Shown here: positions 62,773 to 64,000 of the stretch, in pieces
Layout of the letters: the number at the start of each line of letters is the position of its first letter
Numbering within the stretch: the first letter of the stretch is position 1
From: Malacoraja senta
Taxonomy: Eukaryota
Assembly: GCA_038087875.1 (NCBI GenBank)
Contig: CM075987.1
Location: 19,346,001 to 19,410,000 of the forward strand
Length of the DNA stretch: 64,000 nt
Reading direction: 5' to 3'
Notes under the pieces: model-generated
Database searches by the model: none
The model's input: the letters and a program-made list of their open reading frames with translations, nothing else
What the model was told of the DNA's origin: nothing
Position numbers and translations under genes: made by a program

Positions 62773-64000
62773 TAAAAGGCAATAATATGACATTTATAAT
62801 TTATGAATGTTAAGAGAAATCCAAAAAAGATAATTTGTTTCCAACAATTCTGATATTTCTTTTTCCGAAAAAAATATATATTTTTAATAAATCGTTTCGC
62901 AGTATGGGAGGATGGAAGGGCACCAGACAGTTGAAACTGAGCAACATATTATGTTGCAATGATGTGTTGAGTACAGACACCACATCGATTTGTGGAAAAC
63001 ACCATTCAACTTTCAATATATGTCTGGATTTGGATTTACCAGCTTCTGGAGAGAGGCGGCCAAATGTACGTTTTTTTAATATTTGGTTTAAGCGAGCTCT
63101 CGTGGGGAAAGTTGGAGAGAGTCAACTTGGGAGGGAAACCAAGTAGTTAAATCATAAAATCCGTGGTTTAAAAGCAAGTCTTCCACTCAAAAAGGTCTGC
63201 AGTAATCAAAGCCCGAAAGGGTAGGATGGGGCTGAAGCCCAAAATTTAATGCCTGGACTGGTTTTTCACCAATGGTTATTGGTTTTCCAGGATCTAGTTA
63301 ATTAAATTACTTTTTTGTTTTCATTTCACAGTCATTAAAACAAGTGGTATTGTAACCATGTACTTTTCAGAGGTGATCGACACATTTTGTTTGTTACTTG
63401 TAGGCTTACATGTATGCAATTTTATATTAAAATGTAGTTTAGATTTGTTTGGACCATTAACTCGCATGCACTTTTTAAGCGCACATTTTGATTACTTTCC
63501 ATTCTATAATAGACTTTATTTGTATTTCTATGATTCTACAGACCTTCGCTGGGAACCTGTGGCTCACCAAAATTGTTCCCAATTGGGCCCCGCACCTCCT
63601 AAGGCCGGCCCTGCTGAGGAGTGGCCTTATACAGGATCATGAGGGGCATGGATAAATTGATCGCTCATGGGATAGAACATTCTAACACTACAGGGCATAG
63701 GCTTGAGAGAGGAGAGATTTAAGAGGGACCTCAGGGGCAATTTTTTTTCACTCAGAGGGTCATCTGTATCTGGAATGAGCTGCCAGAGGCAGCTATAGAA
63801 GTGGATACAATTATGATTTTTAAAGGACATTTGGACAGATATAAGAATAGGAAGAGTTTAGAGAGCTTTGGGCCAAATGCAGGCAAATGCATTTGTCAAT
63901 TTGGTCGACATGGACAAGGTGGGCATATGGGCCATTTCTGTGCCTTGCTATGAGAGATTGGATACACTGGGCTTGACTCCCATGAAGGCAGAGGCCCTGA

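Larger units (their letters stand above)
57135..63613 (+). mobile_element. hAT DNA transposon, both ends present, interrupted by a CR1 LINE
   Basis: TIRs CAGGGCCGGTCTTA... / ...TAAGGCCGGCCCTG; 8-bp TSD CTGAGCAG (57127-57134) / CTGAGGAG (63614-63621); subterminal CCCAATTGGGCCC at both ends; internal transposase remnants. Confidence 0.95.

Overview
Eukaryotic vertebrate DNA. The repeat complement (HE1-type V-SINEs, CR1/HER1-type LINEs, Penelope 3' fragments) points to a cartilaginous fish, probably a skate or ray; this is an inference. One host gene is clearly recognisable: ptges (microsomal prostaglandin E synthase-1) on the minus strand. It has three coding exons (37130-37234, 30661-30743, 19302-19551; 145 aa) with canonical GT-AG junctions. 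Most of the rest is transposable-element sequence, often nested. The most notable signals are: (1) a 208-bp TSD-flanked, (GAA)n-tailed non-autonomous retroelement whose 5' end is exactly a canonical-looking HDV-like self-cleaving ribozyme (16735-16942); (2) Penelope-derived elements with minimal hammerhead ribozyme cores, several inserted as TSD-flanked fold-back hairpins, one about 40 nt inside ptges intron 1; (3) an L1 insertion with a twin-priming-type 5' inversion and 15-bp TSD upstream of ptges; (4) a hAT transposon with both termini, inserted in an old CR1 and itself split by a young CR1 whose ORF2 has a single stop; (5) a Passport-like Tc1 deletion derivative; and (6) a forkhead-motif minisatellite near the ptges promoter. 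All identifications come from reading the sequence; no searches or folding programs were run. Boundaries of old repeats are approximate.
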